Assembly (NCBI RefSeq): GCF_964204645.1
Contig: NC_134031.1
Location: 21,149,910 to 21,213,909, forward strand
Direction of reading: 5' to 3'
Length of the DNA stretch: 64,000 nt
DNA from: Tubulanus polymorphus
Taxonomy: Eukaryota; Animalia; Nemertea
In this document: in pieces, positions 11,101-21,157 of the stretch
Numbering within the stretch: the stretch's first letter is position 1
How the letters are laid out: each line of letters begins with the position of its first letter
Position numbers and translations under genes: made by a program
The notes under the pieces: generated by a model
Seen by the model: the letters and a program-made list of their open reading frames with translations, nothing else
Told to the model about the DNA's origin: nothing
Database searches by the model: none

Positions 11101-12365
11101 ACCCTGAGTGAAGTTTTTTGAGTAAACTGAACCCGTGGGATTTACGTGTGACGCACTGAGTGTGTGTGAAACTGCTGGCGTCTGTAATCACAACTAAAAC
11201 AACACAGAAAATTCATCTTTATTTCAAATAAAACAGAACAACAGTTCACACGAAATATTATAGTCCCATAATAAAGAAAACCTGTCGATATTTCAACTTT
11301 ATGGTTTCATTGATTGAGTGACTTGTCAAAACATGTCCATATTACATCATTATACAATATGTGTATCATACAATTTTTTACAAAACCAGACCAATAAAAC
11401 TGGGTCGTTGGGTACAAACAATTACAAACTAATGCAACCAGTTATCGCTGCTTTACAGCTACATTTAATCTTCAATTTCAACTTTCACTAAAACTTTAAC
11501 ACCCACTATATAGAAACTTAATAGAAGTAAAAGAGACAACATTTTGGAGTCTCTGTAGAGACCATCATCAAGTCTGAAGAATAACTAAAACAGGGAAAAA
11601 CAAGTTAATTAGGAAAGTAAAGCGAGTGTTCAGTGCTAAGGTTGAGAGGTTTTGTTATTTTGTTCGTATAGGTTGTTCTAGTTATTTCTTCATTATACTT
11701 TTATTATTTTGATTCTTGATAAATGAATTTTGCCTTTCAAATTTGCATATAACAGGGTTTAAATTATATATTCTATGCCTGAGTCAGGCTATTATTCTAT
11801 TAGCAAAAATGACACCACAGCTTTGAGAGACGAATCAGGGGATGACTCTAATGTTTTTATGTATACGTGATACACAGTCTATCAAACCATCACAAACAGT
11901 AGGCTGCCCGTGCCGGTCGGCACAGATAAACAATATTCATTTGGCTTTAAACTTAAAATTGCAGATCTGAAATAAGTGGCATCATATCAATCTCCAGGTA
12001 GATGGCTGGTCCCTGTCCCTGTCAAATGGCAAATTGGTCCCGATCCCCACTTCGTCCTAGAATAGAGAAAACTTGCGTCAGCAAATATTACATAGAAAAT
12101 GTTCAATTGAATTAACAGTCAAGTGGGAATTGTCTCCATGACATAATTCGGTAACTAGAATCTATAATTACCTTATAATACTAGATAATTCAATACCATT
12201 ATTCAATCTTTGATCACTTTTCAAACTGTTCTATTGGACAAATTTCATGCTGCAAAAAATCATTATACTATGAAAATACTAAGTAATGTATTTATAACAG
12301 TCTGAAATTTGGGCTAAATTCTATTGGAAAATCAATCATTTTCAAACTTGTGTTGAGCAGAATTA

Positions 12366-12405
12366 AGCAGCAGCAGCCGCCGCAGCCGCAGCAGCAGCAG
12401 CAGCC

Positions 12406-12447
<42 letters not shown>

Positions 12448-12463
12448 GCAGCAGTAGCAGCCG
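12366..12463. repeat. Interrupted (CAG)n tract, unit 1
   Basis: CAG repeats with CCG and TAG interruptions. Confidence 0.95.
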
Positions 12464-13534
12464 CACTGCTTTCCTGAGAATCACACATAAAAATTCTGTA
12501 CAGAATAATTAAATGTTAGAATATAATGAAATTAGAGCACAGTGGAGTGATGAAAGACTCACCATTTCTAAACTCATATCAGATTAGTTCAGTGCCATCT
12601 AGCAGGATTTCACTTCCAACAGTAATAATGTCATGAAGTTAAGAGAACTGATGATTTTCTGAGAAAATAAATTCTTAAAACGATAGCAGCAGCTTCAGCA
12701 ACTAGAGCTTCTTTACTCTTTGAAGGTGAATATTTTTAATTTCTCCAGTGCCAAAAAGTGTTGGGCGTATTGCATTCTGGAAAGAGAAAATTATGCCAGA
12801 AAATGGTTAATGAAATAGATAGAAACTGCAACTCTGTTTGTGTTCAATTGACAGAAAACCTACCAGGTTAATGAGTAGTTTATCACAATGTGTCGAGTAT
12901 ATGCAGATTTTTGAGAGGTTTGATGGTAGCTTTAGACTGCATCCTCAAGTAAAACGTTGATACCTGCCAACATTGACCGATCAAAACATCATTTTCTGGA
13001 CTTGATTTGAAGATCACCACAAATTACTGCAATAAATCGATATAAAACTCACCGCTTCTGACTCGTTTGATTTGTAGAGCGCAATGTTTACTGCAAGTTC
13101 AGCTTTATTTTAGACCCTAGAATACAACAGTTGTATAATTTTGATGATTCGAACTTTGACCAGAATAGAAGTGATTGAAATTTCAACTTCACTGATTAAT
13201 GTAGCTTCTAATCAGGAAATGAGTTTATAAATGTACAGTCAAACAGAGACTAGAATCAGTAGAGATATTTACCGGTACCGTATTGGTTTTGAGGATCTAA
13301 AGCGATGTCCATCTTAAACAAATGTGAAGTGAATTCCCAATGTTTACTGTTCACAGATTCTATCAAGGGTTCCAGTTATTTCAGCTCCTAAATACAAATT
13401 TTAGAAATTGTCAGTTAAGTTGTTATGAAATAAGAGCAGTTTCACAAAAAAATCAAACTAAGCCGTGATCTTTGAGTGATTGAATGCTGGAAACATAAAC
13501 AGATAGAATAATTTATATAGAACAGTTCTCTAAA

Positions 13535-14595
13535 AACAAGAAGCCTGTCGGCTTATATAGCTCCGCTGTCTTTGTTGTGGCTTGGAGCATAGACTATCAC
13601 ATCAGTATCTATTTGAAACTAGATGTTCAGGGACATTATAGCCATTTGGAGAAGGGCCACAATACCAATAATCATACTAACATACTCTAAACTGACAAAC
13701 TGTTGGAACTGAAGTCATAAGTGGAACAAACTGTAGTCCCCAAGTATAGGCACCAAGTGAAATTTATCAAAAATCTATGCAATTGCTTCGATATAGAATG
13801 GCTCTATACTTTTGTAGGCACTCCCCAATAGATCATTCATATGAAGTTTGGTTGAAATCTACTGAAAACTGGAGTAGAAGTAGAAATTTAAGTGAAAATC
13901 TAAAAATAGCCCTAATTTGCATAATTTATGCAAAATCAAAAGTATGGCTCTATACTTTTGTAGGCACTCCCCCATAGATCATTCATACCAAGTTTGATTG
14001 AAATCCGCTGAAAATCGATGGAGGAGTAGCGATTTTAGTGAAAATCTAAAAATAGCCCTAATTTGCATAATTTATGCAAAATCAAAAATATGGCTCTGTA
14101 CTTTTGTAGGCACTCCCCCATAGATCATTCATACCAAGTTTGATTGAAATCCGCTGAAAATCGATGGAGGAGTAGCGATTTTAGTGAAAATCTAAAAATA
14201 GCCCTAATTTGCATAATTTATGCAAAATCAAAAATATGGCTCTGTACTTTTGTAGGCACTCTCCCATAGATCATTCATACCAAGTTTGATTGAAATCCGC
14301 TGAAAATCGATGGAGGAGTAGCGATTTTAGTGAAAATCTAAAAATAGCCCTAATATGCATAATTTATGCAAAATCAAAATTATGGCTCTGTACTTTTGTA
14401 GGCACTCCCCCATAGATCATTCATACCAAGTTTCATCAAGATCCCATCAGAACTGTAGGACTAGTAGGGATATAAAGAAAAAGTTGACGCCGGACACCGA
14501 ACGGACGGACGGACGGACGGACGAACGACCGGACGGACGGACGACGAACCCCCTAACCCATCAGCTCCGCTGACCTTCGGTCACAGCGGAGCTAA
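13535..14595 (+). mobile_element. Non-autonomous pearl/HINE (Helentron-associated)-like element, unique to unit 1
   Basis: Absent in sister units (empty site ttctctaaaaataatg at ~27415, 37667, 61238); AA duplicated. Subterminal inverted repeat AGCTCCGCTG (13559) / CAGCGGAGCT (14584), 3' hairpin AGCTCCGCTGACCTTCGGTCACAGCGGAGCT, internal ~146-bp tandem repeats, and a (GGAC)n microsatellite near the 3' end. Confidence 0.85.
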
Positions 14596-14620
14596 TAATG
14601 AATTTCCAAACAGGTTTTAC

Positions 14621-15165
14621 CTGCTACTGCTGCTGTTGCAGCTGGTGGTGGCGCTGTTGCTGCATAGTGCTGGTACTGCGGGTACTGCCAGTGCTGCTGT
14701 TGCAGCTGCTGGTGGCGCTGTTGCTGCATAGTGTTGGTACTGCGGGTACTGCCAGTGCTGCTGTTGCAGCTGGTGGTGGCGCCGTTGCTGCATGGTGCTG
14801 GTACTGCAGGTACTGCCAGTGCTGCTGTTGCAGCTGGTAGTGACGCCGTTGCTGCATGGTGCTGGTACTGCAGGTACTGCCAGTGCTGCTGTTGCAGCTG
14901 CTGGTGGTGCTGTTGCTGCATAGTGCTGGTACTGCGGGTACTGCCAGTGCTGCTGTTGCAGCTGGTGGTGGCGCCGTTGCTGCATGGTGCTGGTACTGCA
15001 GGTACTGCCAGTGCTGCTGTTGCAGCTGGTGGTGGCGCCGTTGCTGCATGGTGCTGGTACTGCAGGTACTGCCAGTGCTGCTGTTGCAGCTGCTGGTGGC
15101 GCTGTTGCTGCATGGTGCTGGTACTGCAGGTACTGCCAGTGCTGCTGTTGCTGCTGCTGCTGCGG
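14621..15165. repeat. 61/64-bp CTG-rich minisatellite, about 8 copies here. Shorter versions at 27450-27736, 37702-37917, 61273-61368.
   Basis: Unit TGCTGCTGTTGCAGCTGCTGGTGGCGCTGTTGCTGCATGGTGCTGGTACTGCAGGTACTGCCAG. Confidence 0.9.
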
Positions 15166-15421
15166 TGTGTATCTCATCCTGTAACTGAGAGTAAAACTGT
15201 AATTTTTAGTTCAAAAATAATTAAAAATATCAACAGAGACTGTGAAGAATTCTGTGGAGAAATTCATTACCAGTTTTATACTTACCTTAAATGAGCCTGT
15301 TTAAATAGTAAATTATATTGCATTCATTTCATTCTGAAAAGAAAAAGAAGCAATAATCAGTGGCAATAGAGCAGAATGTAACATCTCAAATTATCAATCA
15401 ATCAGACAGAAACAGTACAGG

Positions 15422-15619
15422 ATTTCTGTAGATTAAACTGCTGTACTTATTTCATACTGATTGAACAGTTACAGATACATGTAACATTGTGTACAGATAC
15501 AGAGTACAGATCACTGCATTACTTCATCCTGTGATTGAACAGTGATTTAATGTTCTTTCATCTTCATTAGATTCCCATCAGTCTAACTAAAACATCAGAA
15601 CATTTTAACTCATCTAACC
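15422..15619. repeat. Left arm of a ~198-bp inverted repeat (partner 19283-19479)
   Basis: atttctgtagattaaactgctgtac...ctcatctaacc is the reverse complement of ggttaggtgagt...gtttaatctgcagaaat. Same pair at 27996-28193/31227-31429 and 38175-38372/42006-42203; left arm only at 61628-61825. Confidence 0.95.
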
Positions 15620-16050
15620 TCCCGACCCGACCCTCCCAGACCCCATCCCTCCCACTCTCCCACACCCCTTCCCTCCCGCCCTCCCCGACCCCATCCCTCC
15701 CACCCTCCCGGACCCCTTCCCTCCCGCCCTCCCAAACCCCTTCCCTCCCGCCCTCCCCTTCCCTTCCCTTCCACCGTCCGATACCCCTTCCCTCCAGCGC
15801 CCCTTCCCTCCCTCCCTTCCTCCCTCCCTCAATGCCCTCCCACCTGGCCCTCCCTCAATGCCCTCCCACCTGGCCCACCCTCAATGCCCTCCCACCTAGC
15901 CCTCCCTCAATGCCCTCCCACCTGGCCCACCCTCAATGCCCTCCCCCCTGGCCCACCCTCAATGCCCTCCCACCTGGCCCACCCTCAATGCCCTCCCACC
16001 TAGCCCTCCCTCAATGCCCTCCCACCTAGCCCTCCCTCAATGCCTCCTCA
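15620..16050 (-). repeat. C-rich low-complexity tract (GGGA-rich, G-quadruplex-prone on the minus strand)
   Basis: (CCCT/CCCA)n and ~25-bp CCCTCAATGCCCTCCCACCTGGC units. A second tract lies at ~19010-19281; both occur in each complete unit. Confidence 0.9.
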
Positions 16051-16909
16051 ACTCTCTTGTCTCCTCTTCACACACCACTCATCTGTACAATAACTACAAA
16101 ACGATTTGCCATTTTTCACGATCATATCAATTTCATATATAAATCAAAATCCTTAATCAATTGCATCATTGATGGGACTCACAGATACTTTCTCTACACA
16201 TTTTGGAGGCATTCAGATGACCTCAAATGATCATATGCCTGGGTTGGTCTTGAAAATCACATGGCTTCAATTTTACAGATGATTTCTTTATCAATTTCAT
16301 CAAATTATTCCTATTATTTCTACTCCCTCTAATAAGTATTCACAATATATCTCAGTTTCATGACAAGTTGCAGCAGTCGTCTGTAAATAGATTTCATTTC
16401 ATCAAATGATGCGAGTTTGAGTTGTAGAGGTTTCATCTACAAAACATCAAACTAAACCTGAGGAACTTAATGTTGTAAGGTAGGGGGACGTATATGGAGG
16501 GTTCACCCGAACCGAGGAATAAGCCCGAACCAAATCTCCACACTCACAAAATGTCGTGAGAAGGGCAAACACAAACCAAGGACAAGAATGATGGCTGAGA
16601 TCAAAACAATTAATGCTATTTATGTTGCTTCACCAATTCAACATGACGTCACTAAATGAAACCATTGTGGACTATTTCAATACTCTCTACTAGAGGTTTC
16701 ATATAAGCAAGTAGTTTATGGAATCCTATTCATAAAAGTCATAAGTCAATGTTTTTAAACTGCTGATGCAAAATATATACGTCAGAAATAATCTGTTTGA
16801 TTGTCTTTTCAAGTTAACACTTAAACCCAGTGGAACAAATCAAACTCCAGCCATTTTTCCTTCATTTGCCATTTTTCGTTTTTACTCTTTTCTCTGACTT
16901 TTAGCACTT

Positions 16910-16990
16910 GAGTCGAGGTAGGAATAGACCCCTGCCCGCTCGCTAAGCGTGCAGGACACTAAACCTTCGAATTGCTCTCGGACCCCACTC
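16910..16990 (-). ncRNA. 81-nt structured RNA-like element with a Y-RNA-like bulged-C terminal helix. Copies at 29295-29375, 39440-39520, and three in tandem at 62883-63163.
   Basis: Minus strand GAGUGGGGUCCGAG...UCCUGCACGCUUAGCGAGCGGGCAGGG...CUACCUCGACUC: GGGU-C-CGAG pairs with CUCG-ACUC. Several G-U pairs form only on this strand. Confidence 0.35.
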
Positions 16991-17150
16991 TTTATATCAG
17001 CAATTCATGCTGTTTTATTTTATTCACGCATTCGCTTTACATTTTTTCATATGGCTTTTCCTTATTTGTCGTCTCACTAAAATTCTCATCAGTTCCGACT
17101 TGGATCAAGTTTAATCTTTTAGAGACAAACAGCAAAAGGTTGTGTTAGTT

Positions 17151-17182
<32 letters not shown>

Positions 17183-17309
17183 TGCAGCAGCAACACTGAT
17201 ACAGATGAATCTTTCATTAACTACGTCATTTGTTCCATTCTCAAATATTGAGTCATGAAGGCAACAGAAATAACTTTAAAAAACGTTAAATCTTTCATTC
17301 ATGGTCTTT

Positions 17310-17520
17310 GTTTAGTGACCTAAGCGTCAAAGTTTGGTTCATAGCCCAGGTTTGGTGACCAAAGAGTCAAAGTTTGGTTCATGGCTCAGGTTTAGTGACC
17401 AAAGAGTCAAAGTTTGATTCATAGCTCAGGTTTAGTGACCAAAGAGTCAAAGTTTGGTTCATAGCCCTGTTTTGGTGACCAAAGAGTCAAAGTTTGGTCT
17501 ATGATTCTGATTTGGTGACC
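17310..17520. repeat. 40-bp minisatellite (TTTGGTGACCAAAGAGTCAAAGTTTGGTTCATAGCCCAGG). Also at 29695-29786, 39830-40201, 63480-63650.
   Basis: Tandem repeats with variable copy number between units. Confidence 0.9.
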
Positions 17521-18181
17521 ACGGAGGGTAAATATAGCTCATGGCCCTCGTTAAAGGTAAGTCAGTTTTATGGCTCTGGTTTGATTAGCAAATAATATGA
17601 GAAATTGTGCGTTGCATATGTTGAATAGGGGAATTGGACTAAACACTCATCACTAGAATAAAGTGAAGAATTATGTTTACACTGAATGGGCTCAAAATCT
17701 TGTACTAATTGATAAAGTCCGAAATAATTCTGACTAATTGAGTCTACCGGAAAATGATGCATTGATCGAAGTCTAAAAGCTATAAACTGACAAATTGATC
17801 GAGCACTGATAATATTTTAAATAACAGCGGAGGATGAAATAACTTTCATAAAACTGATATGATCGTGAAAAATGGCAAAATACACTAGATACACCTCCCC
17901 CACGCTTTATCAGAGTCTCATTGTAGTAGGAAGATTGCCGTAGCCTAACTGTAAAAACTACAACTACATCTGGTTGAATATCATTTGTTTTTATGGCTTT
18001 TAAATTCAGTAAAATATTTCCTGATAGAAGTATAATTAGTTCGCAGCCCCTTAAATTCTGTCTAGAATAGAATTATAAGTCACAGGTAGAAATAGAATAT
18101 TATCCTATTCTAAAATGAATATAATAATAGAACAATAGTCTCTCCGTGTCAATCTTTGTCCCACCTAAAAATTGAACAGTT

Positions 18182-18950
18182 TATTTCAGAAGATGTGTCC
18201 CATCTTTTTGAAAAGGATAACTAATTATTAAGGATATCTATGAATAGTGATATACTGTGCCATGAAGGCAAATGTAGAAGTGTGTCTGAAAATCCATAAA
18301 AGTGATAACAAAACATATCACTTATTCTAATGAGTTCTATACTCTTCTTCCAAAAATGAAGAGTAGGTCTCTGTCTAAGAATCTGCAGAAAAAAGAGGAA
18401 GCAGCGATGAATGTGACTGCATCTCGACTCTCGTCAATAATTTTCTAAGTCGTCCTATACAGTTCTCAGTATTTACAGCCGTTTTTAAAATAGCACAGAA
18501 GAAAATACATTTTTCAGCTGGAAATGTATCAGTAAACCGCCAGATATCAACAGTAATTATTACGTATGATTATTGTTTCATTCAATTATTAATGAAACCG
18601 TGTTTTGATCGGAGCCAAGGAGCAGTTTGTGATCATTCAAAAAATATCTCTCATTCCTGACCACATTAAATAATGGCCCTAAAATTTGAAACGTCCCAAT
18701 TCAAAAATCTGGGGGCAATTATCTCATAACGATTGAGAGAAGTGATGGTGAAATTACGTGCGCACTCACCGGGGATCAAACCCGGGTCTCATAGAAATAA
18801 CAACTAGTAAAATAGAACGAGTCCAATTGGCCGATGCTTATACAGCTTGTCATGCATAACAACTGAAACATGACATGTTGCAGTCACGTGTTTCATAATG
18901 ATTAATCCTTTCTTAGAATAATAAAAAGATGGGACACATTTTCTGAAATA
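18182..18950. mobile_element. Possible MITE with ~28-bp TIRs, present in each complete unit
   Basis: TATTTCAGAA(G/A)ATGTGTCCCATCTTTTT ... AAAAAGATGGGACACATTTTCTGAAATA. Confidence 0.55.
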
Positions 18951-20367
18951 TCCTAAACTTCAAGACTAAAACTACGACTAAACCACCTGTACTTGTACCT
19001 AAACCCTAAAGCCCCACCATATATCCCTCCCTCCAAAGTCCTACCACCACCCCTACATCCCTCCCATCCTCCCGGACCCCATCCCTCCCACCCTCCCGGA
19101 CCCCTTCCCTCCCCCTCCCGGACCCCTTCCCTACCGCCCTCCCTCCCAAACCCCTTCCCTCCTGCCCTCCCTCACCCCATCCCTCCCACCCAGACCCCTT
19201 CCCTCCCACCGTCCCCCACCCCAACCCTCCCTCCCTCTACCCCTTCCCTCCCCCAACCCTACCCACCCTCCCCAAACCCCGTGGTTAGGTGAGTAGAATG
19301 TTCTGATGTTTTAGTTAGACGGATGGGAATCTAATGAAGATGAAAGAACATTAAATCACTGTTCAATCACAGGATGAAGTAATGCAGTGATCTGTACTCT
19401 GTATCTGTACACAATGTTACATGTATCTGTAACTGAACAATCAGTATGAAATAAGTACAGCAGTTTAATCTGCAGAAATTCTAACTCTTAAGATACACAT
19501 GATCTGATTATCACGAAGAAACATGATTGATAACAGTTGTATTATTGACATCAGGAACCAGTTTCATATTGATTAGAAATAACATTTTAGTTGATCACAA
19601 TTTAGAAAACCTGTAAACCCGCTTACAGAAATAACAATCCCAACCATGAACTGATTATAGCCAAATATTCACCAAAAGAAATTTGAAATGATTGAATAAC
19701 TGTGACAGGTTTCTGAGATTTCATTTCAAAACATGGTTTATAACAAACAATATAAAATTGGTCCCTTAAAATCAATTCAACAACCGATAAATAAAGATTA
19801 ATGTTACTTATCTTGAATTTCCACATAGGCTATAGTGATTCCTGATGTCATGCTGAATCCAAGAGTGATTCCCGATGTTCTGTGCTAAATCAAAAAAAGT
19901 CTGGTAGTAAAACACTGATTCCTTGTTGTCCTGTGCTGAATCCAAGAATGATTCCCGATGTCCGGCGCAAAACCAAAAAAGTCTGATTGTGAAACACTGA
20001 TTCCTTGTTGTCCTGTGCTGAATCTAAGAGTGATTCTTGTTTTCCTGTGCTGAATCAAAATTCCCGTTGAACATGTTGAAGTGATACCTATAATAGACAA
20101 ATCTAAGATTGTTTTCTTTCCTTAGAAATAACTGCAGAAATATCAAATCTAAAATTCAAACTTACAAATTAGATTGTTCGCTCCAATCTGCAGTTCATTT
20201 ATTCAAGGGGTTTTTCTATCCACAGTTTAGGTTTTGCATCTAGAGTTCAACATGAAATAAACAAGAAAGTAATGAAAAAACGAACAGTTTAAATATTATC
20301 TGTTTCTGAAACCAATGAAGATCATCATCATCAATATCACAGACGAATGGAGGCAAGTAGAGGCATC

Positions 20368-20710
20368 CATCCTCCCGCGGCAGGGACTCGAACCTGATGG
20401 CATCCAGAATGCCACGGTACGAAACCCTGCCACACTAGACCGAGTGCGCAGCAGCTACATGCGCAGCTTAGATGATGTCATTAATAGCCAATTAGAAATT
20501 CAGTTTTATTTGAGCCCGGGTTTTCCCATTTATAGTTCTTCCGTGAAATTTACCTCAGCGATTAACGAGCAATCTGATTGGTGCTGCAAGATTTCATGCG
20601 GCAAAGCTGCGCATGTACCTGCGCACCCGGTCTAGTGTGGCAGGGGTTCGTGCCGTGGCTGAGTGTAGCGAGGGATGTCATCAGGTTCAAATCCCTCCCA
20701 TGGGAGGATG
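20368..20710. mobile_element. Nested inverted-repeat element: two inverted tRNA-like fragments flanking a MITE with ACCCTGCCACACTAGACCG TIRs
   Basis: catcctccc..gggactcgaacctgatggcatcc..gccacggtacg-aaaccctgccacactagaccgagtgcgcag versus ctgcgcacccggtctagtgtggcaggggtt-cgtgccgtggc..ggatgtcatcaggttcaaatccc..gggaggatg. Confidence 0.65.
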
Positions 20711-21108
20711 TTGCTGTTGGTGTCCCACACGTTTGGACTGTGATTGATATCGATTTAGCGACAGATGAAATAAACTTACACTGTTTGATTAAATCAGTCG
20801 ATGGAATCATTTTAGAACAAATTCATTACAACACAGCGAGATGAAGCCCATCGTGATCTAGAAATATCAGGATGGAATGACGTCGATATGCTTGACTGAG
20901 CGCCACCATATGTGCACTGTTTGTAGGATGTGACTCTGAAATAATATGATTTCCCACAATATCTGAGATGGAATATTTTTCGCCATTTAAACCAATGTTA
21001 CAAACACTTACCAAATATTGAAATACTGATTTCAGGGGTCGGGAAGGAGGGTGGCAATGTTTGTATTAGGTGAGGTTTTTGCTTAATTTCGTGTTATATG
21101 GTAAAGCA

Positions 21109-21157
21109 CGCCATTTTGATATTGCGTCATAGTGTACCTCAGATTGGGATTCCCGCC
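21109..21157 (-). promoter_or_regulatory. Candidate promoter of the minus-strand gene. Also at ~33055-33103 and ~43814-43862.
   Basis: In order on the minus strand: E2F-like GGCGGGAA, CCAAT, CRE/CEBP-like TGACGCAA, YY1-like AAAATGGCG, then a gtaagt donor ~100 nt downstream. Confidence 0.55.

Larger units (their letters stand above)
11200..21125 (-). ncRNA. Candidate multi-exon spliced long non-coding gene, unit 1 copy
   Basis: Minus-strand exons bounded by pyrimidine tract-AG and GT: ~21125-21012 (TTG|gtaagt), 20935-20780 (|gtaagt), 20239-20166 (|gtaagt), 20087-~19808, 15333-15286 (AAG|gtaagt), 15178-14621 (CAG|gtaaaa), 13387-13273, 13116-13053 (|gtgagt), 12776-12717, 12658-12563 (|gtgagt), acceptors at 12495 and 12056, and a last exon from 11573 with AATAAA at 11223-11218 followed by a GT-rich tract. 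Exon 13387-13273 has stops in all three frames. Confidence 0.6.

Noticed and set aside
17040-17092. Minus-strand CTGATGAG as a hammerhead core or C box
   Set aside because: No stem II plus GAAA or closing stems; no terminal stem or evident rRNA guide for a C/D snoRNA.
17562-17654. Minus-strand GTGATGA...CTGA C/D snoRNA candidate
   Set aside because: No terminal stem, and the segment is deleted in unit 2 and partly in unit 5.
18993-19292. Proline-rich and Gly/Arg-rich ORFs
   Set aside because: Translations of C-rich low-complexity tracts that differ in frame and length among units.
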